From positions 874,578-938,577 of the forward strand of contig BFEA01000018.1 of the NCBI GenBank assembly GCA_003427395.1: 64,000 bases of DNA, given 5' to 3'. This document shows positions 10,900 through 24,419 of this stretch, in pieces. Under the pieces are notes generated by a model. The model did no database searches and was not told the origin of the DNA. It worked only from the letters and a program-made list of their open reading frames with translations. Position 1 is the first letter of the stretch. Every line of letters begins with the position of its first letter. The translations under genes were made by a program, and so were the position numbers. This DNA is from Chara braunii. Taxonomy: Eukaryota > Plantae > Charophyceae.

Positions 10900-13542
10900 A
10901 TGTGGACACGAAGAGAAAATCCCGATCAGGGCAGACATCGAGCAACAAACCTCCCGAATCCAAGGGGAATAGCGGATATAGTGAAAGAATCAATGGTGAA
11001 GTGCTATGACGATGGATTATGTCCGGAGGACCTAGACTTCGGGGAAGACTTAGTGGTGGAGGATGAGGAAGGAAGGAGGTTCGTAGTCAACGAGGAAGTT
11101 GACGAAATCAAGGAAGTACGGCTAAAGGAACGTACGGTAATCCTAGTGTTCCAAGACGAAGCGAGACAATTACAGCGGAAGGTCAAAGAAGACCTAATAA
11201 GAGCTTATGAAGATGGCTGGATGGGTCCCAGGCTATTCAATCCAGATGTCAGCAGAGGAAGGATTAGCTTTGAAGGAGCGAGCGTAGCATCCTACATTGC
11301 GAAGGCAAAGGAGGTGGCAGAGTGGTTAATAAACCAGGGAGAGATGAAATTAAAATTGGGAGGAGAGGAATATGTATCCCTATGCAAACCTTGGATGATG
11401 CGGAACGAACTAAAGGAGCTACGATTGCAAGAAGCAGAGGCAAAATTCTGGATAACAGCACTTCGAGTATCACTGGTCCACAGGATGCTTACTATTACTT
11501 GAGAAGCGCAGTGAGAAACATGTTTGGCGAAGTGTTGGTGATGCATCCTCCGGAGCGAGACAGAACCCGTCCGAAACTTATGAACGTAAAGATGGAGATG
11601 GATTCAGCCACACGCTTCACAGTTGAAGAGGAGTTGACGATTGTGGCTCCGAAAGGCGAAAGGTGGAAGGTCGATGTTGTGTCCCCGTACACAGATTGGT
11701 GTAAAAACTGCAAATGGTATTTTCATACCGAAGAGAGGTGCCCCAGAAATTTCCAAAACGGTTCAAAGGCGGGACAAGGCGGGTGAAGACAAGGGTGCCA
11801 CAACGCGAGATTCCAACAGTACCTGCGAAGTCAACGGCGAACGGCGGATCAAAGAGGAAGAGCGACAGAATCGAATCAGAGAGAGGCTCACCCACAAGCG
11901 CAAAGTCAAAGTCAAGGTACTCCAAGACAAGTAGAGCAACACAGCCAAGTAAGAAGGGAGCTAAGTGAGAGAAGGGAAACTATACCCCCAGCCAGAACTC
12001 CCTCCATGGAGAAATCAGAGTGCGACGGCGCAACGATGGAGGAGGGAAGAAACAGGCCCCTCCTGGATGCCACCATGGCTTGAAAGAGAAGAATGGTCAG
12101 GGATTAGGCTGGACAGACAAGAAGACAACCTCAACATGCACATACTCATGCAGAGAGAGCAAGCCTATTGGGACCAGAGTGTCCCGTTCCGGCAAAGTGA
12201 CGGGCATCGGCCGCTGGAAGGTGGCTATCAACAGGGGTGGAGGGAGAACGATAACCATTATGACCCCTACCACATAGACAGACACCAACTGCACCAGATG
12301 GGACAGCAACCAGTTTATCCACTGCGTCACTATCCGGAGGGAGCAGTGGATTGGAGGCACCTTGGATTACAAGCAGCGTGCAGAGAAAGGGGGATGCCGG
12401 AACCCAGCTTCCTCTCGGATAGAAGAAGTAACAGATAGGGGACAAGTGGTATGAGCATGAGGAGAAGGGGCAGAGCGTGGAGAAGATGGGGGAAAGATGA
12501 CACAGGTGAAGTAGGAAGGAGAGAATAGAGTGGGGACTGGAGAAGGAGGGAGGGAGATCAGAGGAGAGGGATGGGCTGCTCTAGGATAGAAGAAGCAGAG
12601 GGATTGGACACAGGAGGGAATATGGAGGGAAGACCACCGACAGAGGAAGGAAAATGCTGGAGCCGCCCAGGAACAAAATTGGAAGAAAAGGGTCAGTTGG
12701 AGATGTCAAAATCGCAGGCTTCCTCAGCCTCAAGGGTGAGATGGGGAAGCGGATGGATGGAAGAAAGATCATCAATGGGGGGAAAAGGACCCTCGGAATG
12801 GGGGGATGAAGAGGAAGGCTCACAGAAGAACTCAACGAACTCAGATACACTCGAACCAAGCACAACAGGTCAGGACAGGGTGAACCGAAGAGTGGCTACA
12901 ACAAGGAGAGGACAGGTAGAGATTGCAAAAAGAAGACTGGTCCCGCTGCTCTGCACCATGGCAAAAGATGGCATGTATTTTCTGGCTCTGGAAGTCACAG
13001 ATGGCAGGACAGTTGTCCCATCTCTTGAGATGGACAGAACTCCAACACCGGTACTTATCATGGAGGACACAAAGAGGATGTACGGGGCCTCGGTCCCAAT
13101 GCGCCTAATCCCAAAGTCAACAATGATCGGCGTCTTCAGTGACACGCCAGATGGCTACCAGAAGCTGTATTTTCCACTGATAGATGCTCGAATACCACAT
13201 GAGATCGCAAAAAGACTTACCCAAGCAGGAATACGCTGGACCCGGATGGAGGCCATCAGCGAGGCGAACCTATCACAACTGGAAGCGATCAAGGTGATCT
13301 CAGGAGTTTCAACAGCAATCATGTTGAACCTGAGCTCAAAATTGCCAGAAGACGAAGGGTCGATCTCAAACTTCATGCGGAAAAGCCTGACGGCAGAATG
13401 GATAGAAGGTTCACAGACAAGCGGTTCAAGGTGCAGTTCAAGAGGTAGTTCAAGAAGTAAGATGAGAACGTCCTCCCAATCTGCACAGGGAGATGCTGAT
13501 CAGCGTCAGCAACAAGAGCAGGTACAGACACTCCGAATCTAG
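10900..13542 (+). pseudogene. LINE A ORF1 (frameshifted): probable RRM-like region, zinc knuckle, low-complexity linker, C-terminal globular domain
   Basis: WCKNCKWYFHTEERCP fits C-x2-C-x4-H-x4-C; ORF pieces 10900-11502, 11322-11786, 11965-12438 and 12571-13542. Confidence 0.75.
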
Positions 13543-14897
13543 GATCAGTTAACGAAATTGGTACGAAGGGACGGATAAAGCAAATGTGGCAACATAGAAC
13601 GTTAGGGGATATGGGGACACCACAGACAAATGGAAGAGGAGGAGAGTAAAGACGTGGGTGCACGACAGGGGGGTTAACGTGCTGATGATGCAAGAGACAA
13701 AGTTGAATGAGGAAAAGTTGGAGGCACTGGGATCATGGTGGGAAGACCCACAGATATGGGCACCAACACAGGGGACAAAGGGAGGGGTGGGAATTCTGCT
13801 ACACAGAGATTTGCAAGTCAGGTTACTAGATTCTGAAGCGGGCATCTGGGGGAAGTGGGCGTGGATGAGAATTGAAGTAGGTACAGAGGAATGGCTCCTG
13901 ATGACGGTATACGCACCAACACAAGTAAGGGATAAAACTACCTTTTTAAAAAATCTAATCAGAAACATTCCAAAGGTAGACAAGGTAATAATGGCAAGAG
14001 ACTGGAATGTAGCGCTTGATGAGGCACTCAAACCAGATTCACGGTATGCAAATCGGAGCGATGTCTGAGCCATGTTGGACCTGGCGGAAGAGCTAAAATT
14101 AGTGGATCCCTTTCGGATCCTGACCCCAAACGAGCCAGGCTACACATGGACGTACCACGTACGCAGAGACAGAGGTATTGTCACAAGACGGCGGTTTGAC
14201 TACTTCTTGGTAAACGAAGAAGTGCTGGAACAGGTCACATCGGTCCAGCAGATCTGTCACCCAATGTCGGACCATAAACCAGTGTTAGCGAAGATCAGAC
14301 TGCAGGGCAGAATAGAAAGAGGAAAGGGGTTCTTTAGACTAAATTCACAGAATTTGGAGGACCCAAGTTTGCTGGAATAGATGGACAGACATATGACGCA
14401 ATGAGAATCAGCTAGACACCACTTTAATCCGGCAGCAGAGTGGATAGATAGTGGGATGAACATTGCCTCTAAAGTAATGGAGGTAAGTTCAAGGATACTG
14501 GTAAGGAAAATAAACAGACAAGAAGCAGAGTGCAGGAGAAGAGTGGAGGAGACAGACGAAAGAATGGAGGGGCACCCATCTCAGTCTTGGCATGGGCGGT
14601 AGAGAGGGAGAAAAGAGTAGTTGAATGGGATGTGCTGCAAACAAAGAAGGAACAGAGATGGAAGGCGGTATTGGAAGAGAAAGGCATAGTGATGCACAAC
14701 AAGATGACAAAAGAAACCTTCAAGAAGCTGCAACCAAGAAGAGCACTTCAATAGATGGCGGAGTTAAAACACCCACACGATGCTACAGCCCCACGGGCGG
14801 CAACAGCAGCAGGCATGTTAGACTACGCGAGGGTCTACTACCAAGACATCTTGACAACTAGGAGACCGCAAGACGACGTCAATACCGACCTCACGTT

Positions 14898-15066
14898 GGA
14901 ATCAGAAATGTGGGACAACACAGCGGTTAGGCTATCTACTACGGCCAGACTAGACTCGGAGAGACCGGTAACGTTAGAAGTCGGAATCAGAAATGTGGGA
15001 CAGCACAACGGTTAGGCTATCTACTACGGCCAGACTAGACTCGGAGAGACCGGTAACGTTAGAAGA
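14898..15066 (+). repeat. 85-bp tandem duplication that frameshifts LINE A ORF2
   Basis: GGAATCAGAAATGTGGGACA...GTAACGTTAGAAG starts at 14898 and 14983. Confidence 0.9.
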
Positions 15067-16529
15067 AACTACGGAAACATTGCGGTTTATGGCAAAAGGG
15101 AAGTCGCCAGGGAGAGATGGACTCACAGTGGAATTCTATGTCAAGAACTGGCCAACCATGAGACCCGCGCTCGTGAGGGTATATAATGAGGTATTAACAA
15201 GAGCCTCAGGAGGAAGGTTGGGGGAAGCAATGACCCATGGTGTCATCACAATGCTATTAAAGAAGGGGGACAAGGCGGACGTGAAAAACTGGAAACCGAT
15301 ATCGCTACTCAACGTGTCATACAAGGTGCTAGCAAAAACGCTGACGAGAAGACTAGCCAGGTACCTACCGGGCTTGGTCCAAGGTGATCAAGGAGCGTTC
15401 GTGCACGAGAGGTCAATCTTCAATAATACAGTGACCGCTATTGAGGTGCTTGAAGTGGTGCAATCCGAAAACATGGATGTAGCAATACTCTTGCTAGACC
15501 TAGAGAAGGCCTACGACAAGGTGGGGTGGACCTTTGTACTTACGACACTGCGACATATGGGTTTTGGGGGAGGATTCTGCAAATGGGTGATCGCAATGTA
15601 CACCTCTATGGCGTTAGTAGCAGTTAATGGTCACCTTTCCCGCCCTTTCAAGCTAACAAGGTCCCTGAGGCAAGGCTGCCCACTCGCTCCACCACTGTTC
15701 GTACTACAAATGGAGGTCCTACTTAACAAGATCCGAAGGCATCCGGATATCAGAGGCCTGCATCTTCGGAAAAACGCCACATGCACAGTAAAGGCTCTCG
15801 CAAACGACTTGTTCGTAGTCTGTGAGAATTCAGAAACCTCGTTGGCTTTGTTAAAAGAGACGATGGCGGAATACTCGACACTGTCGGAGGCATCAGTTAA
15901 CTGGCCCAAATCAACGTACCTACTGCCAAAGGAGTTTGAACTGCAAGTGGAATGGGGGATGCAGAGGGTAGAGGAAGGAGAGGAGGAAAGATTTTTGGGC
16001 GTACTAATCAGTCTAGAAATACAGGAAACGACACAAGGGACACTACTGCAGCACATAATCGCAGTAAGACTGAACCTTTGGGGGCACGCGTGGCACCTGT
16101 CCATCATGGGTAGAGCCTTACTGGTGAATATGTTACTCCTGTCCATTGTGTGGTTTGTAAGCCAAGTAAGAGAGGTAGCCGAGAGTGTCGTGACTGCCAT
16201 TCGTAGACTGATTGCACGATTCCTGTGGAAACCGACAACAAAACAATCTGAAGGTTTCCTGACCAAAATGCCTTGGGAAACCCTGACCTTCCCCAGAGAA
16301 CAAGGGGGACTAGGGCTGATAGGTCCAGCATCAAGGAACCAAGTGCAACTGCGCACATGGGTGTGCAGAGTTGCAATCTCAAATCCGAAGAAACACTGGA
16401 TTATACTTGCAGAAAGAATCTTAATGAAAAATTGGAGGCTAAGTCGGTCAGAAGACGTCTGGGCCTGCTTTTTCATACCTTCCTTTTGTAAGAAGAAACA
16501 AACCTCAACCTTCTGGAATGCTATCTGTA

Positions 16530-16924
16530 GGGTTTGCTGAGGGTGGAAGGCATTCCAGTGGTGAACCGGGGGGGGCTGCAAGGTGGCGAAAAGAGATCAG
16601 CTAAGGTTGACGTTGGGTAGGTTGGTTTTGTCTCTGAGGTACAGTGTTCTGGTGCAGGGAGGGCTAGGAGTTGTTCTAGGATTAGGAGGCCAGAATAGCT
16701 GATATAGCATAATCTTTTATATTTTTTCATATATTTGAATCTAGCATCATTATCTGTGGTATCATCAGTATCATCAGGGTCATCATCATAACTATTTGAG
16801 GGACGCTGAGCCCGGTTCTCAACAGTTTTCGGTTTGATCACTCCGGGTAGATTGTGAGGACCCCGGCCTCAATCTGATTATTGGTAATAGCCGTAATATC
16901 AAGCCTTGGGCACGGGGCCCGGTT

Positions 16925-16955
<31 letters not shown>
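16530..16955 (+). mobile_element. Short retroposed insertion (LINE tail or SINE) inside LINE A ORF2
   Basis: Splits FWNAIC|KAWRK; carries both tail motifs (16800-16823 and 16844-16870); poly(A) 16929-16955. Confidence 0.85.
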
Positions 16956-19475
16956 GCTTGGAGGAAGCACCCCCCAGACGTGCAGAACCAGGCACATACG
17001 AAGGAAGAGGTCTTGACGCAGATCATATTTGAGAACCCAAGGATTAAGGAACTGAATGGGAAGATGCTGGCAGCCAATGGATCCGTGATATCATTCGGTC
17101 AAGCTTGGATCAGGAGGGGGGCGGTACGCATCAGAGACCTGTGGTCAACGCTACTGGGGGGTCCGAAGCTGGTATCAGAAATCAAGGACGAACTGGCAGG
17201 ACTGCACCGAGTGGAAGAACATTGGAGAACAGTAATAAATGCAATATCAGAGGACTGGAAGGCTATACTAGGTCCGGAAGGGGTAGACCCCCCCGGAACT
17301 TGGTACAAGGCGGCGGAAGAGAACAACACAGACGCAGTTTGGAAACTAGTGGAGATCCAGCCAAGTGGGTTCAGAAAAGTGGAAAGGTGGAGAGCGGCGG
17401 AACACACTAACATGCTAAGCAGAGAGGGCGATGAGATCATAAGGATGTGGAGTAATCTGAGTAAAATAAGAGTGGTGGAAATGCAAAAACAATATAGGAG
17501 AACAAGGATCCTGAAATGGATAGGGAGAGTGCCGCTGCAGGAGTTGAATATCGACCCGTTAGCCTAGAGCTGGAAAAGGGAAGGGGCATCAATGGTAAAC
17601 CTCAATCTGTCACATTATACAGTAAAGGAAGGGTACAAGGCAGTGAGAATGGGGGGAAGGAACCCAACACTAATAGCAAAGCACAAATGGCAAACAATGC
17701 TGGGGGAGGAGATTCCAGAGGCAGAAACCAAGTTCAATCAACTGTGGAAAATATTGACTAGGCTACCAAATGGAAAGTAAGTCAGTCTGCTCTGGACGTT
17801 ATCACTGCTGGTCACCCCATCAGCAGTTTGGTTATTGAGCAAAGGAATGGTGGTGGAACTTGGCTGTGGACGGTGTAACTGGCCATTCGAATCAACTCGG
17901 CACCTTTGGTGGGAGTGCCTGGCCTCTAAGCAACTGTGGAAGTGGTGGGAGTACCACTGGAAGAGAACGGGTGGTAGGGGGTTGGAATGGGAGGAGAGAT
18001 GGGTGTTGTTCGGGTTTCTAGCATCAGAGTTGTGTGGGAAAGTGGGGCACTGGGTACGTCGCACATGTAATCAGAAGTATAATAACAGGGATTATTTGGG
18101 CAGACAGAAACAAAGCTCGGTTCGAGAAGCGGTCTATGTCGGATGTGGAGCTGAAAGGAAGTTTTAAAAAAACTGTTAAAAGTTAAAACAGCGATCCGAG
18201 TGGACAGGAGAAGTGTGGCAAAGTCGGGGAAAGGATCCACAAACCAACTCAAATGGTTCGAACAAACCTGGGCAAGGCAGGGAAAGCTGGCAACAGTACA
18301 GCCAGATGCAGGACTCGTTATATCTAAATGGCTACTAAAACTCCACAACACAGGAGATTAGATTAGATTAGGTTACATTAGATTAGAGGAGATGAGACGT
18401 TTGGAAAGGAGAAGGGGGCAGTGAGTCGATAATGCTGGAAGCGGTGAAGTAGCAAGGAAGTTAGTAGGAGACCAGTTACTCAGATTAAATACCAGGGCAC
18501 TCGGTTCTGTAGGGTCACAGTGGACCAAGTAGGAGAGTGCCACGATAGGCGGACCACGAAGAAGCCCCTCCTCCATCAGGCGCCTTGCGTACACGCGGAA
18601 AGGTCAACAACGCTGGACCGCGCCGCGTCGCGAGTTGACGCGGCCACCGGTCCGACCCCTGACAGGACTTCTAACCCTGGCAGGGGGTTCCACAGGGGAC
18701 TTGCGCCATAGCCACGTTCCTGACAGTGCTGACACGTGGCATGCAGAGGGCAGGGCACAGTCAACATCGAGTGCCCGGCGAGTTGCGGTGGAGACAGCTG
18801 ATGAGACAACCGAAGTACGAGAAAGGCGGACCGCGAAGTAACGGCAGACAATCTTCAGCATACAGGCCAAGGGCAGCTGCGGGAGACAACGTGACACTAC
18901 GACAGATGACACCTCCGGGAGGCTTCCCGGCGATCGGATGAACGGAGCCGCCACGTGGTATAATCAATACAAGGAGAGGATAGGAAAAAGGAGGGCGCCA
19001 CGGAAGGGGCGAACCAGGTGGCAAAGGAAGTGACAAGAGACCGACGGACGGAGGGCAGAGGAAGGAGAAGCAAACGCTGTGCAACAGTAAGAAGATCTGG
19101 CTTCGAGGTCGCCACGTGGCGGAACGGTGGAGCTGGTGCGAGAACCCGAACATAAATCGACGCGATTGGCTGCAACAGGAGCGGGAGGAACAGCGTGACC
19201 CCAACTACCAGCGGGCAGGGTGAGAGGACAGATCTACGCAGACGACGGGTATCCACCGCCACCCCTGAACTCTCCCCCCCCCCCCCCCCCCCCCCCCCTC
19301 CTGTCACCTCGGTGCCCGTCCCAGCCAGCAAGTCTGAATAAAAACATCCACGATAGAGAAACCAACAAAAGAAAAAAACTGAGTCCAATCAATCACACAT
19401 CGAGCGCACCAAAAAAAGGGAATACACAAAAAGGAAAAAACTAATCGGCAACAGACACGTGGGCAACAGTAGCCC

Positions 19476-22400
19476 ATGGATTTGCTAACAAGGAGAGGGA
19501 AGGGGACAGGATCCCTTATTTACTACCAGGGGGCGATGAGACACGCCTTGAACAAGCACTTGACCACGTCCCCGTACACACGCCCCGCGGGAATGAAGCC
19601 CCCTGTGCCCCGGCAACAGAGACAAGCCCCCATGCCGCCTAGTGCCCCCCCCCCCCCCTTGGATTGCTCCCCGTCGGGGCGGCATCACTGGCCGGCCCTG
19701 ACGGGGATGACGAGCACGGCACACGTTTCGATTGAGAACGCACAATAGACACAACCCCCCCTGTTACCTGGGGTGCCCGGAGCCCCCCCGCCCCCCTTGG
19801 ATAGCTCTCCGACACAACAGCTTCACTGGCCGGCTTCATCGGGGACAACGAGCATGGAACTCGGATCGACTGAGAACGAGATTGGCTTTGCTTCGGCCCC
19901 CCTGGATCCACAGCCACTACAAAATCTACAACCCCCCCGGGACCAGGTGATGAAAGAACCAGGGGAAGAGAGACAGGAGGTGGAGGGGGAAGAAGAGGAG
20001 GATACCGAGGAAGAAGAGGAGATCTTAATAGAAGAGGAAAAATCCAGTGAGAATAAGAAACACAAACAGGCATCGGAATCGGGACAGAAATCAAAACCCA
20101 CATGGGCACAGCGAGTAAGAAGCACAATACAGGAAAAAAAACTCACAATCGTGCGATCCGCACAAGGTGCCCAAGAGGGGATGGAAGAGACCCTCAAAGT
20201 CCCTCTTCGTAACCTCTCATCTGCACGGGCGTACTTCCTCACCCTCTTCCTCCTCCCCTCTGAGAAACTTTTGGTGGACCAAGGGGGAAGGAAAACCATG
20301 ATGCGCACCTACCCGGAGGACAAGCTGGGGGCAAGAGACGAGATCTACATCAAACACGCCAGTAACTGGCTGTTTTACGGTGAAGCAGCAAGCAAATCGG
20401 TCAACGACAAAATAAAATGGATTTGCAAACGGATTGAAGAGATGAAAGGCAGCCCCGATGCAGTTCAAGAGTTCTTCTTGATTCAACCTATCACCTCTAC
20501 GGTCTTCACCATGCTCAACCTATTTACACAAGACAAACATAGGATGGACGGGTGGAAGAAGCTGAGATGGGAAAGATCAGACCTCTGCATCTATCCCTGG
20601 CAACCCAAAAAGCAGACCCCGGAAGAGAAGCGGGAACAACTGATGAGGGATTACTTCCGGGTCGAGTTCAGACATATTCCGGTAGAAGTGCAGGCCGCCT
20701 TCGTGTATGAATTTGGTCAACACTTCAACATCGTCGACTTCATTGACCCGCTCCCGTCATACGTAGCAAAACGGGACGACTATCTGATGTTGGCCCTGGA
20801 NATCCCCAAAAATCAACCGTTCTCTATTGACGACATCATCCCCTACAGAATGGGGGGGAAAGTCTACCAAATTCATACGGCCCATAAATTTAGGCCTTGG
20901 TGCTTTAAATGTAGGGCGTATGGCCACTTGTGTACAGAAACAGNGTGCCCCCTGCACCNGAATAAGAGAAAGCCCACGACAGGNAGGNTGCAACAAGACC
21001 ACNACAGGCCCAACAGGTGGTACCCGGTGGATAGGGGTTATGNAGGCTGGGTCTTCCGGNANGACCTCGACCACAAAGGTCAAGCAAGGGGATGGACTTG
21101 GGAAGGACGCGGCGACCCGTACGGCTTTGCCAAACCGCCGGACGATTGNACACCGCCAAAAGGCAAAGGAAGCCCACAGTTANTNGAGCCCTCCCCCGCA
21201 CAACCCAAGGGTCGGGGTGCATCACNCCCCCCNNGGGAGAAAACCCCGCAACCCTCACTTCAAAACCCGCAGCCTCGNGAAAANNAGAAGCAAAAACGAC
21301 ANAACTGGGGCCCGNCAGCGATGGANTATATACCGAAACANCTGTTATCTGAGAANGGAAAAGGCGAGTGCCACCAGAACGTGGGTCAGTTGCGTGACGC
21401 TCAACCGGAACCGCTTAAAACAACNGACTTTCTCGAANAGGCCTTTGGCCNCCAGCCTATGGAGATCGAGGTTATCCCNGGAGNCCCGGNTCCACCCTCC
21501 CCCCCTGAAGTCGAAATGACAGACGTCGATAGCCAACCAACAGATGAACCCCCGCCACCCGCAGGAAAAGAGCCAGCGGCACACAAGGACGGACTGCAGG
21601 AGGTGGCAGACTGGCTCATGGAAAGCCTGCGCCAGAAATACGGGAAGGGAGACGACGAATTCTGGGATGGGATGTACAGGGAATTGATTCCGCTGCTTGA
21701 AAGCAGCTCGAGTCTTCAAAATGCCCTCACCCGGGGTCTGCCGCCAGGGAAATCATGGTCGGGCATCTGCGGTAAAATCCTGCACATAGTGCTGCATCGT
21801 TTCCACCCCCTACTCACGGAAAAAGAACAACACCACGATAAAAGAAAGGTGGACCCCCTCGCGGTGACCCCACTCCCAGGTACAAAGTCGGGGCTGCAAC
21901 AATGCAGCAACGCAAGCACACAGAACTCCGGAAGTAGCGAGCCAGCACACAATGCCAGGTCAGAAAGCCCCCCGGGACAGCAACAAAATATAAACGAACC
22001 CACACAAAACCCTGGTGCAGGTGATCCAAATGCAGGTGAGCCAAATGCAGCAACTTCCGTAACCCGCCTGGAGCACCCGCAAAACAGCGACGTCAGAACT
22101 CCAGACCAGGAACAAGGAAACCCTCACACCGGGCGAGACACGACCCGACAGGGGAACGAAAAACAGGAAAAACTTGAAAACCAGGAAAAAACAGACCTCG
22201 GGGCAGACAGCCTGACCACAGGCCGGGTAAATAAGGGGACCGTACCGGGAACGGAGAAGCAACAGGAAGAAACTGCAGCAGGGGACAACAGTCCGGCACG
22301 GCCGGAAACGCAACCAGATGAGACAGATGAGACAATGACAGATNNNNNNNNNNNNNNNNNNNNNNNNNNNNNNNNNNNNNNNNNNNNNNNNNNNNNNNNN

Positions 22401-23515
22401 NNNNNNNNNNNNNNNNNNNNNNNNNNNNNNNNNNNNNNNNNNNNNNNNNNNNNNNNNNNNNNNNNNNNNNNNNNNNNNNNNNNNNNNNNNNNNNNNNNNN
22501 NNNNNNNNNNNNNNNNNNNNNNNNNNNNNNNNNNNNNNNNNNNNNNNNNNNNNNNNNNNNNNNNNNNNNNNNNNNNNNNNNNNNNNNNNNNNNNNNNNNN
22601 NNNNNNNNNNNNNNNNNNNNNNNNNNNNNNNNNNNNNNNNNNNNNNNNNNNNNNNNNNNNNNNNNNNNNNNNNNNNNNNNNNNNNNNNNNNNNNNNNNNN
22701 NNNNNNNNNNNNNNNNNNNNNNNNNNNNNNNNNNNNNNNNNNNNNNNNNNNNNNNNNNGAACGGAGAAGCAACAGGAAGAAACTGCAGCAGGGGACAACA
22801 GTCCGGCACGGCCGGAAACGCAACCAGATGAGACAGATGAGACAATGACAGATGACATATCCAAGCAACCGGTAGAGGCCAACTCGACAGGCCTGTGCCT
22901 GGCTCTGCCTTCCTGGAACCCGGCAGCACCGAAAGAACAAACGTCCCCCTGCAACCCCCCCCCCCAAAACCCCCGGAACANGCCCTCATTAGTAAAAGAC
23001 AGAAAATCCGTCANCTGTTAGAAGTGACGACGGGCGACTCCTCACCCTTAAACAAAGGCATCGTCTTTCTCCCGACCAGACTGAAAGAACGACAACAATG
23101 GGAGGTGGGTCTGTCGGCGCCGTCAACGGCNGAGCATGGGGAGGTCACCCTCCAAGGGCGCTCGTCCGTTTTCCTCTCACTGACTTCTTGGGCAGGCGGC
23201 TGGGCGCCTCGGAGCACAGACATAGCGCAGCTGATCCGAGAGGTTCTCCCGACGGGAGCCTCCGCGGCCAAGGTCCTCGCTTACGGACACCACAGGCTGG
23301 CCTCCCAAGATATCTACCTGCGGTACGACCGAAATAAAACAAACGACCTCACATGGTTAGACANCAACGCTCTGAAGGATCTGCAAATTCTGAAAACAAA
23401 GCCAGGCGACCNGTGGAACGCACAAGAGATCACCTCCTTTTTAGNAAAACTACTTAAAAACGACACTCTTCAGAAAGGAGAATTTCTCCATTCCCACGAC
23501 TGGCTACCGCTGTAG
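19476..23515 (+). pseudogene. LINE B ORF1 (>1000 aa): zinc knuckle, Pro/Gln-rich linker, C-terminal globular domain
   Basis: WCFKCRAYGHLCTETxCP knuckle; 19476 is in frame with the 19773 ORF across one TAG; a probable frameshift in the C-run at ~22960 leads into the 22895-23515 frame. Confidence 0.75.
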
Positions 23516-24419
23516 ATCAGGGGGCACGTCGCAACACCAATAAAGGAAAATGAATATGGTGGATGCCTTATATGGAAAAGATAAGATCTGGAAGATCTGC
23601 AAAAGGCAGGCTGACCTCGACTTACGCTCCCTTAATGTGAACGGNNNNNNNNNNNNNNNNNNNNNNNNNNNNNNNNNNNNNNNNNNNNNNNNNNNNNNNN
23701 NNNNNNNNNNNNNNNNNNNNNNNNNNNNNNNNNNNNNNNNNNNNNNNNNNNNNNNNNNNNNNNNNNNNNNNNNNNNNNNNNNNNNNNNNNNNNNNNNNNN
23801 NNNNNNNNNNNNNNNNNNNNNNNNNNNNNNNNNNNNNNNNNNNNNNNNNNNNNNNNNNNNNNNNNNNNNNNNNNNNNNNNNNNNNNNNNNNNNNNNNNNN
23901 NNNNNNNNNNNNNNNNNNNNNNNNNNNNNNNNNNNNNNNNNNNNNNNNNNNNNNNNNNNNNNNNNNNNNNNNNNNNNNNNNNNNNNNNNNNNNNNNNNNN
24001 NNNNNNNNNNNNNNNNNNNNNNNNNNNNNNNNNNNNNNNNNNNNNNNNNNNNNNNNNNNNNNNNNNNNNNNNNNNNNNNNNNNNNNNNNNNNNNNNNNNN
24101 NNNNNNNNNNNNNNNNNNNNNNNNNNNNNNNNNNNNNNNNNNNNNNNNNNNNNNNNNNNNNNNNNNNNNNNNNNNNNNNNNNNNNNNNNNNNNNNNNNNN
24201 NNNNNNNNNNNNNNNNNNNNNNNNNNNNNNNNNNNNNNNNNNNNNNNNNNNNNNNNNNNNNNNNNNNNNNNNNNNNNNNNNNNNNNNNNNNNNNNNNNNN
24301 NNNNNNNNNNNNNNNNNNNNNNNNNNNNNNNNNNNNNNNNNNNNNNNNNNNNNNNNNNNNNNNNNNNNNNNNNNNNNNNNNNNNNNNNNNNNNNNNNNNN
24401 NNNNNNNNNNNNNNNNNNN

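Larger units (their letters stand above)
13586..18360 (+). pseudogene. LINE A ORF2: AP endonuclease, reverse transcriptase, C-terminal zinc finger
   Basis: VAT*NVRG, LMMQETK, VYAPT, DWN, RFDYFLV, SDHKPV (APE); KSPGRDG, WKPISLLNVSYKVLAK, LDLEKAYDKV, LRQGCPLAP, LANDL (RT; xADD changed to AND); CGRC...HLWWEC; several stops and frameshifts. Confidence 0.92.
10512..18400 (+). mobile_element. LINE A: L1/Tx1-like non-LTR retrotransposon, near full length, decayed; ends approximate
   Basis: ORF1 with CCHC knuckle, then APE, RT and a C-terminal Cys/His finger in canonical order. Confidence 0.9.

Noticed and set aside
15631-16581. 316-aa antisense ORF
   Set aside because: Shadow of the LINE RT frame, with no recognisable motif
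18798-18830. CTGATGA...GAAA hammerhead candidate
   Set aside because: No stem II or stem III pairing
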